Shown here piece after piece: positions 52,929-64,000 of a stretch of DNA of 64,000 bases. The first letter of the stretch is position 1. Every line of letters starts with the position of its first letter. The DNA lies in the NCBI RefSeq assembly GCF_009914755.1, contig NC_060932.1. The stretch is one strand, 5' to 3'. This DNA comes from the human T2T-CHM13v2.0 reference genome, Homo sapiens. The position numbers and the translations under genes were made by a program. The notes below the pieces were generated by a model. That model saw only the letters and a list, made by a program, of their open reading frames with translations, ran no database searches and had not been told where the DNA came from.

Positions 52929-55581
52929 TTACCAGTATTTTTAAAATGTTGCACACAAATAGCCATAAATAGCACAGGGGTAGGACTTTTTCCATTGAAA
53001 AATATATGACTTCTCTATAATTAATTTATATATCTTAACCACTTATGTTACAAATGAGGAAAATATAAATCTACCAAAATCATTCTGTAAAACCATTCCT
53101 GCTTTGAGTCATATGAATACTTGTTGCTAATTTGAGGCTTTCTAAATTTAAAGACATAAGATGAGTAGTTAATGACTTTGAAATTTAATTAGGAAAGTGG
53201 TGACTGAGAGAGGACTAGACAGTATGTTGTTTGCACTAATTTGATTTATATAACCCTTTTCTAGTCAACCTTTTAAAAATCAGCCAGAGAGTAGAAATTC
53301 TCCACCTTCAAAAATTAGGAGGTTTACTAATTTTTGAATCTGGGTGAAGTTTCCCAGATTAATCCAAATGCAACTAAAATGTGATGAAAGATGAAGCTCA
53401 TCTTAGTTTTCTTAATCTACATGACCTACTTTGTCCAGTTACTTAAATTCAGAATTTTCATGTTCACAGTTTGAACCAGGAGAAGTACCTCTCTAGGTTC
53501 ACTTTTCTCTGAAATTCTAAGACTAAATAAAATATTAATAAAATGTCTCAATAATTATCTCACAAATATATTAAGATAAATAGTATGAAATAAGTTTTAA
53601 AAAATATTAGAATAACAGTATTATTAGAAAATATATCTTAAAAGGGATTAAACTACACAGATATAAGGTTTGATGTATTTTCTTAAAAGATGAGAACTTA
53701 CTACCAGAAACATGTAGTATATTAATAGCCTCATTATGGAGGTGAGATTCTCTCTTTAGCAGAACACAATTAGGGAATATGTGAGTGATGTTTTATTTTT
53801 TATACATTGCCTTATTATGCATTTCCAGTCATGATCTCCTAGTGTAATTGCATTTAAATTGTGTTCTTAACCATATGTTAATTAAATAAACTCAATGTAA
53901 AGACCCAATCTAACTTTCCTTAGTAATGTGGAGTTAATAAAAACTGCAGCTCATTGGAATCTAGAGTATTACAGGATCTTTGCATACCTAGCTCTTAAAC
54001 TGATTTGTTTTGGATTCCGGAAAACTTAGCACCTTGGTTAAGTGGCTTGTGAAGAAATTTTGATACATACATCCACCTCACGTAGATCTAATAGCTATGT
54101 GTTTGGAAAGTATTTTGTGGAAACAAAGAATTAAACAGCAAGGAAATTTGGTTTTCCTTAAGAACACTGAATCGTATAGAGATAGGATAATTTCTGGAGA
54201 CAAATAGGCCTGTCAATAAAGGTCAAATATATGCAACTCCCTCCTTTTGCTGAAAATCTGTTATTCCATGTTGACTTAGATATTAAGAGAATACTATACT
54301 TTCCAATAATTATATTGTTATAATGCAGGGGATATAGTTCCCACCAGTGACTCTACATCTACAATATATGATGAAATAAAAGATATAATTATAAAATATC
54401 ATACTATCATACTCAATTCATTGAGATAATAAAGTACATTCTAAACCTTATTTAATGGACAAATACATGCACTATCAGGTGGTTACATGAATCTCCATTA
54501 TATTTGAAAAAGGTATATGTGTTGACATTAAAACCACATTTCTACGGTGTCTTAAATTATAACTACACAAAATTAACACACTAACTCTGTCACTTATTTA
54601 CACCAATAAAAGTCTGTTTCCAAACAAGAAAGCTGCACTGGGTATATGTATATGGGTGTTTATGTGATTTAGATGACTGGCATATTTTTAAAAACTGTCC
54701 AAAGGAGTTTGAAGTCATAATTTTAATGTAGCAGGAAAAGATAAAGTCATTCTCCCATATTTCCTTAATGTTCAGATGCTATGTGTTGTATGACATGATG
54801 TATATAATGTAAGTTACTAAAACTTTTTTTGGAAGAGAAAAAGCTAGAGTAGCAGATATGCACACTAAAAGGCAAAAATCTGGTTTTACAAGTTTTATAA
54901 TAAAAAAGGTGGCAAGATGAACGTTTTTTTAACTTAGAACTAAATTTAAGCTTAACTTTTACAGCAATCTTTAGAAAATTTTGCTATATGGTCTTTCTTG
55001 AAGATTATTTGTAATTTTGTATAATTGATTTAGAAATTCCCATCAAATTTTAAAATTCAGAGTTCTAGATAAAACCATCAATTATCTGAAATCCTTTCTC
55101 AGTCAAGACTGCCCATGAAGCCAAGTGCCTTATTTGATCCTATAAGCTTCACTGAAAATCAGCAGAGTCTTTATTAATTTATAAATGATGGGCATGATTA
55201 ACTGGTCTCAAGTTTGCTCACAATTCTGAACCCTTGAAATCACTGAAATACCAAAAAAAAAAAAAAAAGTAAGAATAAAGCTATTAGGAAAAGCGATTAC
55301 TTGAGCCTACTCAGAGTCTCAGTGAAACAAAGGTCCATTTTGTGCATAAGTGTAAAGAAATATATTTTTGAAAAAATTGTATTTACAATTAGAAAATGAA
55401 CTCTGAGGTTTCATTTATTGCTAGTCAAAGAGTTTAGAGCCATTGTAAATAGTTTCCTCTAGACCGTAATACAATGAGTTTATTTTAGTCAGCAATTACA
55501 ATGACAAAATGCTAGGTATCATTGAGTAGAACATTAGGCAAAGATCCGTTTCTTCCTCTTGTATAAAATCTGAATGCATTC

Positions 55582-56063
55582 TATTAAAGAACAGAATTAA
55601 ACAGGCAAGCAAAGATGTATTCAAGACTATTTCAATAGGGGAGAAAGACTGAACTCAATTCTGCTGAAATAAAAGGGAGGCAAGTTTTTAAATGATGCTG
55701 TGAGCTAGTGAAAAATACTGGAGGATATTAGGGTAGAGTTTGTCAATGTGATTAGACATTTGTGTTTGCTAATGGGTGCTTAGCCAAGTTAGGGTCCTAT
55801 CCTTCGTGCAGTTTGGGAAATAGGAACATTATTATCTTTCTTGATTATTACATTTCAAAAAGATGGTTCCCAGGTCTATCAGAAAGACATTCTTGGGTTG
55901 TAAAATATTTACAGCTCAAAGAGTCAGAGAAAGAATTTACAATTCCAAGTTTTCTAAAGTAAGTGATCTTGAAAAAGGGTGGTTAGAGGCCTAGGGTCCC
56001 AGAAGGAAGAAACCTGCCGGCAGTTCATCAAGCTAAGTGGGAACTTTAAGGCTGTCTTGATCA
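55582..56063 (-). mobile_element. MER31-like ERV1 solo LTR
   Basis: gattattacatttcaaa...agagaaagaatttacaattccaagttttctaaagtaa...gtcttgatca; near 4-bp TSD attc/atcc. Confidence 0.75.
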
Positions 56064-56183
56064 ATCCAAACCTGGAACACAGATTCAGATCTGATTGCCA
56101 ATGCAAGAAAAAAGCTTGAAAAGACAGACACTCCCCTGATCACCCATCCTCCCTTATCTGAGTTAAATATTTCATTTATTTAT

Positions 56184-56445
56184 GTTTTTTTAATTTTTTC
56201 ATAGGTTTTTGGGAGAACATGTGGTATTTGGTTACATGAGTATATTCTTTAGTGGTGATTTGTGAGATTTTGGTGCACCCATTACCCAAGCAGTATACGC
56301 TGAACCCAATTTGTAGCCTTTTATCCTTCACCCCCTTCCCACCCTTTCTCCCTCAAGACCCCAAAGTTCATTGTATCATTCTTATGCCTTTGCATCCTCA
56401 TAGCTTAGCTCCCACTTATGCGTGAGAACATACGATGTTTGGTTT
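56184..56445 (-). mobile_element. L1PB1-like 3' end, 5'-truncated
   Basis: tggttacatgagtatattctttagtggtgatttgtgagattttggtgcaccc...cctcatagcttagctcccacttatg. Confidence 0.88.
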
Positions 56446-58814
56446 ATGTGTTACTATGGAGGCACAGGATTGCCAATGTCACAGATTTTATCTGGATGAA
56501 TTGCAAGTTTTTGTCTGTTTATTACTCTTGACAAGAGACTATGAAGTTTATGAGGGCAAGAATCTTGTGTGTTTGTAATCTCAGGATTTACAGTAATGCC
56601 CCTCACCTCATAGTAATTCAATTAATACTTGACTGAATTTTAAAGATTTCAGAGAATAAGATAAGAAATAAGGATATGGGAATAAGAGTGTGGATATTAC
56701 AAAAGAAGAGTCTTTAGTTTGGTAATATGAATGCTATAAAGGAATATGATCAGAGACATGTTCCTGGAGGTATGAACTGTTCTAGTAAATCCTAGACAAC
56801 TAAAAGTGGGCCATACCCAGTGAAGATAGGAAAAGGAGCTTATGTCTAATGTATGGTATATGGTAGACACCATGTTAGCATATCTAAATAGTCCTTCGTC
56901 TGGAAGAAAAGTATTACAGGCTCCACTTCATAAGTGCAGAAACTGACAGAGTAGCCATATAGCTACACTCACCCTCACCTCTGTTGCCCAGTTATAAAGC
57001 CATTAGACTTTGTTGCTGTAAACTTAAACTGTAATCGTTTAATTTTTAGAGAATAGAAGAAACAGAACTTTTAACTTTACATATTAGATGACACCCCCAA
57101 GAAAGGATCATCCACAAAATAAAAATAGAATCTATGCAGTATTAGATATATATTTAAATGCTAGAGACAGGGAAGGATAAAAATGGCTAATGTTTTGGGG
57201 TACCTTCCAAAACATCTGAAGGGAGTGTCAACACAAGGAGAATCTGTTTCTTGGCAGAACCTTCAGCAATTAAATTCTGGTTTGGATGGTCATTGAGATG
57301 GAAGTTAGTGGGGCTCTTCCCGGTATTTAAAACATTCTCTGTGATTCTTTGCTAATGAAATATCTCTGTTTCCTTGGTTTTATTATCACTGGAAAGACGT
57401 TTAAGGGAACAATCTTTCTGTGTTTTTCAGATGTGCATTGAGAATGCTGTTTAACTCCTATTATGTGCTGGAGAGGTATTGATAGTTCCTGTATATGTCT
57501 CTGTATGTCAGGACAAGAAATATTAAAGCTGCTTGGTGCCATTCCTATCTGGTTAAAAAAAATTATAAAGGAAGATATTCCTGAATTGAAGGGAGATGTC
57601 TGGAACAAGAGCAAGCAAAGTGGAGAGAATTTAATTAACAATTTAGTTCAATCTGAAAGTCCCATAAAATTCAAATACCCATGTTGGGCTGATATGATAC
57701 TTATTTTCAAAACAATATGGCTTGAAACTTTTTCTAAAGAATTTGTGGTGAGAAAAAAAACTAATGGTAATCTACTGAATAAAAGAAATATCTATTTTTC
57801 TAACAATTCTTTGATATCCTTGACTTGTCATTTGACCGATTTTACCATTTTCTTAAAAAAAAAAAAAAAAAGGAAGTTGCATACTGGAAGGAAGGAAGAC
57901 TTAGTGCTTTTCTGGTGCACTGTTGGCATTCTTCCAATTCTTCTGGAAAACATCATTCTATCATTTATGCTCCCGTGAGTCAAAATGAAAAAGTCTGTAT
58001 AGCCTCTTAGACAGAAGTATCAGGATATTCTTAAAGGGGCCTTATCCAAACAGGCATATTTAAAATAGTTATTAGTTTATCATTAAGCCCTAACAAGACT
58101 GCAAAGTTGCTTAGCAACAGAATCAGGCACCCTTAACAGGAACATGCATGGGAACAATGGTGAAACATAATTGAGCCTTAAAAAGGCAAATTCTTTGAAT
58201 TAAATCGTGAAAAGACAATGTGTCATGGGAAGAATGAGTATTTTAACCTAAGACTTGTTCTCTAAGCATTATTTTATAGCTAGACCTAAGTGTCTTTCCA
58301 TAGAATAAATAATGATACTTTTAGTCTTTATATAATTTAAGGCACTTAAAAAAGATTGTTTATCCAAGTTAGCTCAACAATGCATAATATCTCTATTTTG
58401 ACCCATTAATTATCTTCAACATTGTAGAGATACATAAAGAAAGGAAGGCTCTTACAAAAATAAACACTACAAAATATTTGATGACTGCAAGGGTTTAATT
58501 TTGATGTTATGTATAATTTAAACTATCAGAAACTCAAAAACTGTACTTTTATTTTTTAAATTTGAATATACATTTACATATACACACATAACGTATCTAA
58601 TTCCCATTTGCAGGAAAAAAAAAAAAAAAAGCCTGAAAAGCACTGTCTCTTTTAGAGTTCTTTTGACTAGTTTGACATTGGCTGACTTTATACTCCAGTA
58701 CCCGTAAAAGCACTGTCTTGCTTCATTTAGTAATAATGGAAACAAATCTGGTGCATGTGGGCTGTCTTGATATAATGCATAAACACCTAAAAAGTTCAGT
58801 CAGGGAATAAACTC

Positions 58815-58960
58815 AGGGTCCCGTCTGTGGAGGCAGAGAATCCCGGCTTGGATCCTAGTCCTATTTCTGGCTTTATCAAATCACTTACCCACTCTAGACC
58901 TCATACTCCTCATCTATAAAATAAGACTTCTAAGATCCCTTCACATCTAATAATTCTATG
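58815..58960 (+). mobile_element. MIR/MIR3 SINE
   Basis: aatcacttacccactctagacctcatactcctcatctataaaat...ctaagatcccttc...attctatg. Confidence 0.65.
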
Positions 58961-61721
58961 TCCATCAACTCTTAAGTGGTGTCATTCTTTTTTTCTCATA
59001 GAAGAATTGTTTGTTTTATTGAATTGGTTATTTGACTGCTGTCTCTTATGTAAATACTAGAAGTAGTAGGCCTATTTACCAACACTGTTAGAATATTAGG
59101 CAGAAAAAATTCCCTACTGGCTTCTTTTTGGCTTTCCTTTATGTCTGATTATATGTTGCACTGCCAATTTTTGGTCCCTGAAAGCTGAAAACGTGCAGAT
59201 GCAGACAGATGTAATATGCCGCAGCTTTTTGTATCAAGCCACTCTATTTTAAAACAACTGGATTTTTTTTTTTTTTTGCAGTCTTTGGAAGAGGGTTAGA
59301 TGACCAAATCTATTTTCCTTTTCTTCAGAGTTTTATAACACCACAAAAGGTCATCCTTAAACAGTCAGATAAGATTAACAACAAAATCTTGGAAAACAGC
59401 CAGTGCATCAACAAAACAAACCCAGTGGACTGTTTATAAATGTTAAGTTTAAACAGGCAGCAGAACACGGGATGGGGAGGAGAGGAGAGATACTTCATAG
59501 ACATAGCAAAGAAATAATTTCCAGAGATGACCCATGACACTGCAGTGTTGGGAACCAATATCAACAAACAAACTTGACACCCAGCAATATGTAGAGTGCA
59601 TTTATAAAGATGTTAGAAGGAGCAAGTCGTAGATCACAAGTCACAGAAGCAGAATCATGGGCCATTCCCATACTGGGTTCTTCATGCCATTTTTAATGAA
59701 AAGATAAATTGGTGGAAATATTTTAATTGCAAAGAAGTGAAAAAGTGATTTTTAATGCCACCAGTTGACGCCAGGCCAGGGTTTTCACTATGCAACCTAG
59801 CATGTAGCCCTAAAGTCCTGACAGCTAAATAGTAGGGAAGACACTGTTCTCTTCCTTGCAAATACCACTTCCTTTACTAAGGATTCTAAAGGAAGAGAAA
59901 GCTTTTAACAGAGAACACCTGAGAGGAAAGCCACCAATATTTAAATCCAGGAACTTAATATTGACCTAAGGAGCAAGTAGGCTTAGGTAAAGGGCAAGCT
60001 AAGAAATTGTTGAAGGCCTTGCACATTTAGTTAAAATTTTTAAAATTCTGAATAGAAATAGAGAATTCCCTGCAAATTGTATTTTATCCATGATTCAGAT
60101 GTGGCCTGTTAGAAGTTTACCAGGATGAAAAGTAAGCTGCTGAGGATTGCAGATGATACTAATACAGACATAATAACAAGCAGAGACTGATATTTGTAAC
60201 AAAGGATTTCACCAGCTTTCTAAGAAAGGCTTTCATGGTTGACACAAGAATTAGATTGTAGTTATACCTGATATGAATTTTAGATTATGCAATACATAAA
60301 GATGCATTTAGGAGACATTCTCAATAAATTGCACATCATATATTGCAGTAGTAAATGTTACATTCTTTTCAATGAATAACTTTACAGTATTTTGTGGTTT
60401 AAAGAGACTAGTTTAAAAATAAAAGATTGTTTTAAATTTGAGAAATGAGCAAGTTAAAATAAGATGAACCAGATTTCTACAATCCACTTTCTGATGCTCA
60501 AAGTGGAGAGGGTACAAAATGGTGCATGACTGAGTCTATGGCAATCTGCGTTTTCTGCACTGTGTGAATCATATTATACATTCTGTAATATGAAGGGGTA
60601 CAAGGCACTTACAGGTTGCATTTTTCAAACTTTTACAAAGGAATAGTAGTCACCTTCAGAGACTTCTCTTCTAACTAATTAGACCTTAGACAAACATATA
60701 TTTGCATAAGTTTCATCAAGCTGCACTTTCTGAATTTCTTTCTCCCTTGAGTCTATTTATTACTCAATTCACTCTGTTATCTAATACCCCTTACAGTAAC
60801 TGTATGCCCTGAAATTCTCTTCCCTCCTCCACATCATCAAAACTTGCTTTTGGATCATTCAGACTGAGGTAAAAAAAAAATGACTAAGATCTTAAAGTAC
60901 AGATATTTGAATTTCAATAGAAAAGAAAGGCTAAAGGATTGAGGTTCTCAGGCAAAGAGACAAGAGTCTGCTAGGCATCAGAACTTTTTGGCTTCTCCCA
61001 GTTACAAGACTCATCTTATAAGCCATATAGTTGGAGAGAAGTAGTCATTCAAAAGGCTCAAAATATAGGAAAACAAAAATAAAAATCACTTCTTAGTTCA
61101 TAAATACAATGTAGGTCTATTGAAGAGAACATTAAAATTGATCCCTGTTTTCTGATCTCAAACTGGCCAACAGTGAGAAGGAGTTGGATAAAGCAGCCTT
61201 GGTGTTGGTGAATGCAAGAAGAATTGAGTGTATAATTACAAAAGGAAAGTGAGTGTCAATGTGTGTGTGTGAGAGAGTGTTTGTATAGAAACCACTCTAG
61301 AAAAAGACATTTAAAACTGCTAAAGTTATTAATGCACTGAAAAGAAACTATTAACTTCAAAATCATTCTATTGCTATATTAAGTCATATTTGAGGGACAA
61401 ATCAATAGCAATGACTTTCTTGAAATGTCTCCCAACACTATGATTTTGTTTTATGGCACTGGTGGGTAAAGGGGTTTGGTCTGAAAGGACACAAACAGGT
61501 AATACTATCAGTTAAGAATGTTGGCAGTAGTTGAGCAAAAAAATAAAATATGATAGAAAGCACAGTTTGTTTCCTTTGTCCTTTCCTTTTATGTTTAGCA
61601 GTTATGTAAATTAAAAGAAATTGATCTTACTACCTATTCTTTTTATTCAGTTACCAAAAGAACATTTGCTTTGAATGAATATGGATGCATTTTTCTTTTA
61701 ACAGAATCAGGCAGCCAAACA

Positions 61722-61747
61722 TGACTCACTGTTATTTACATGAGTCA
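61722..61747. promoter_or_regulatory. Candidate enhancer core: AP-1 / Forkhead / AP-1
   Basis: TGACTCA (61722-61728), TATTTAC (61733-61739) and TGAGTCA (61741-61747) within 26 bp of non-repeat DNA. Confidence 0.45.
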
Positions 61748-61774
61748 GTATCTACTTGCCCATGTAATCTTGTT

Positions 61775-62710
61775 TCACTAACTTTACAGTCAGATCATTC
61801 TTGTTACGATCAGGGAAAATGCAAGCAAGAATAAATGTGATGCCAATTAATACAACTACGAATTAGTATTTAGTAGTAGTTATTGATCATTTTATATGGG
61901 AAGTAAAAAAATCAATTATCTAACATTCCATTGTTTACTATTATTTTTAACAAAAATGGGATTTTGTTTTTTTTTACACAATGTTCTGTTCTTTGTTAAG
62001 AAGTGAGGAAAAAAGCACTTACTGATCCTAAGCAAGTCAGCTCCTCGATTTGCCTGATGACGATGAATATGAATACAGGCTTTCTCTCCAGTACAGTTGC
62101 TCTTCATCAAAAACAGGCTGGCTCTAACATATTTCACAAACACAGAAAAGTGTGCCAAGACACAGTCAGCAATTCTTTTTAATTTTTGAGATTTAAAATA
62201 TTACTGAACTTTGTTTGAGTTTTACATTTCTCATGGATAATTTTACTGTGAAATTTATGATGCTATAAAACTATGTTTATGAAGATACTATAGTAGGTTT
62301 CACATATCTCCATATCTTATATTGGTAACATTTAAATTTGAATACTACATCTTTATCCTTTCATAAACTAGAAGATAATTGTTCTGATGACTAGCAGAAG
62401 AAGCTGGCAGGAACGATAGATTTGCCACTCTTTGCTTTCTGTTATTTGTGAGTCTAATTACTCTAGTTGGTCAATTAATGGCAACACATGACAAAATCTT
62501 CCTACTAATTGACTCTCACTATTTTGTTACTGCTGAAGCTTCCTCTAATTTTGTATGTGCATATGTTACCCTACTTGTCATTTTTTTCCTCCTAACCTTC
62601 CTTATCAGAAAGCCCATCTCACCAACTTCACAGTCAGATAATTCTTGTTATGATCAGGAAAAAAGCAAACAAGAATGAATGTGACGCCAATTAATATAAT
62701 TACTAATTAG
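61775..62710. repeat. Dispersed 92-bp direct repeat (61775-61866 and 62619-62710)
   Basis: Ungapped hand alignment, 80/92 identical, offset 844 bp. Confidence 0.92.
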
Positions 62711-63699
62711 AAGCCACATTTTGAGGGCATTAAAACAGAAGAAGAGTAGAAATGATAATAACTTGGTTTTAGGGAAGCTGTTAACATATAAATAGAACCC
62801 AAAATGGCACCACTGGTAGTTTTCCAGGGACTTAATATTTCTGACACACACTCAATTTGTGCCCATGGATAAGACATACTATATTATAGGAGAATCAAAG
62901 AGTTACATATTTGGAAAAATCAGGTTACCAAAAAGAATAATGACATTGTTTAAACAATAATGCATTAAACTTTCCTTGTTTATTATGCTAGAAGTTGTAT
63001 GAGATTATCTGAGTAAAAGCATTTCAATTACTTCAGCATTGTGGGACATGAAGTGTAAAAGAACTCAGAACATGGGAAAAAAAGGAAAAAGAGAAAGGAA
63101 ATGGCTGAAAGATTAATTACTTGGCTGTCAGCTGCTAGGGGAGTTTATTTATGTTCTCTTAATATTCATAAGGCTCTTGTCAAAATGGTATTATTAAATA
63201 CCCATTTTATAGAAAAGGGACTGAGGCTGTTCAACTGCAGTTTATTTGATGGGTATTTATGCCTGTGATGGGGACAGCTATGTCAGGAACTTCAATTCCA
63301 GTTAAAGTGAAACCTGGCAGAGACATAGTTTTGATCCAAATTTTGACAGTAGTACAATGTTGCTTGTCCTTCTCCGGGATGGTAGTCTGTGTTTCCCCTG
63401 TAACATTTTGTCTGATTTGTTTGTACCAACTATTTGGTTTTGTAAATTTATGTGACACTTTGTTTTAAGCTAATTATAAATGTAAATTAGACTCTAAGAT
63501 GTCTTTTTTCCACTAACTGGTTTTGTAGTAGCAAAAATCTGAAATTACATGCAAAATGCTGTTTACAGTTGTTTTAGTAAGGGGATGCAGAGCAGTCAGA
63601 GTGAGTTGTCAGATTCTCAAAACAAAATCAAATTATCTAATATTTTACATTAAATCAGGTAATGAATACCGCTTCTGGATCCAAACATTGGTTTAATTA

Positions 63700-63860
63700 T
63701 TTATAATCTTTGCAGTGTCCCTAAAATATCTATTATCTCCAATTAACACTAAGGAAACTGAGGCATAGAGAGGTCCAAGTAAGTGGCAGGGATGGAATTC
63801 AAACCCAGGTCAGTTTCAGGCTTGAACTCCACTAATTCTATACCTTTCACTGCCTCTCTC
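63700..63860 (-). mobile_element. MIR SINE
   Basis: aaggaaactgaggcatagagagg...aagtggcagggatggaattcaaacccaggtc. Confidence 0.8.
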
Positions 63861-63872
63861 ACTGTAGGTAAT

Positions 63873-64000
63873 TGTATTAGTCTGTTTTCATGCTGCTGAT
63901 AAAGATATACCCGAGTCTGGGAAGAAAAAGAGGCTTAATTGGACTTACAATTCTACATGGCTGGGGAGGCCTCAGAATCATGGTGGGAGGCAAAAAGCAC
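63873..64000 (-). mobile_element. THE1 (THE1C-like) MaLR LTR, cut by the window end
   Basis: tgtattagtctgttttcatgctgctgataaagatatacccgag...catggctggggaggcctcagaatcatgg. Confidence 0.9.

Noticed and set aside
57463-57978. 171-aa ORF, the longest non-L1 ORF in the window
   Set aside because: No domain similarity, runs through a poly-A tract (poly-Lys), and no promoter or splice support

Overview
This is primate (human-like) genomic DNA, not microbial. It is AT-rich and dense in Alu, L1, L2, MIR, MaLR/ERV LTRs and DNA transposons. The single CpG island (~21.6-22.1 kb) holds a plus-strand promoter and a non-coding first exon ending at a strong donor (AAG|GTAAGC, 21990/21991). From memory this matches the 5'UTR of SNCAIP (synphilin-1), which I could not verify. 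If so, 1-21.5 kb is upstream intergenic sequence and 22-64 kb is part of a long first intron. I found no host protein-coding exon; the only real protein homology in the ORF track is decayed L1 ORF2. I do not see a new multi-gene system. The most interesting signals are small structural scars and cis-elements: (1) a 34-bp-stem, 11-nt-loop pre-miRNA-sized hairpin inside an L2, apparently made by template switching (15626-15704); (2) a two-step templated insertion in an L1MB copying 24 bp from 537 bp away (27457-28037); (3) a base-precise twin-priming L1 inversion (7181-9375); (4) an extended CTCF site next to a CpG-retaining motif cluster (13.2-14.0 kb); (5) a 47-bp Z-DNA-prone tract upstream of the promoter; and (6) several unexplained local duplications and fold-backs. 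Repeat subfamily names come from recalled consensus sequences, and boundaries of old repeats are approximate.
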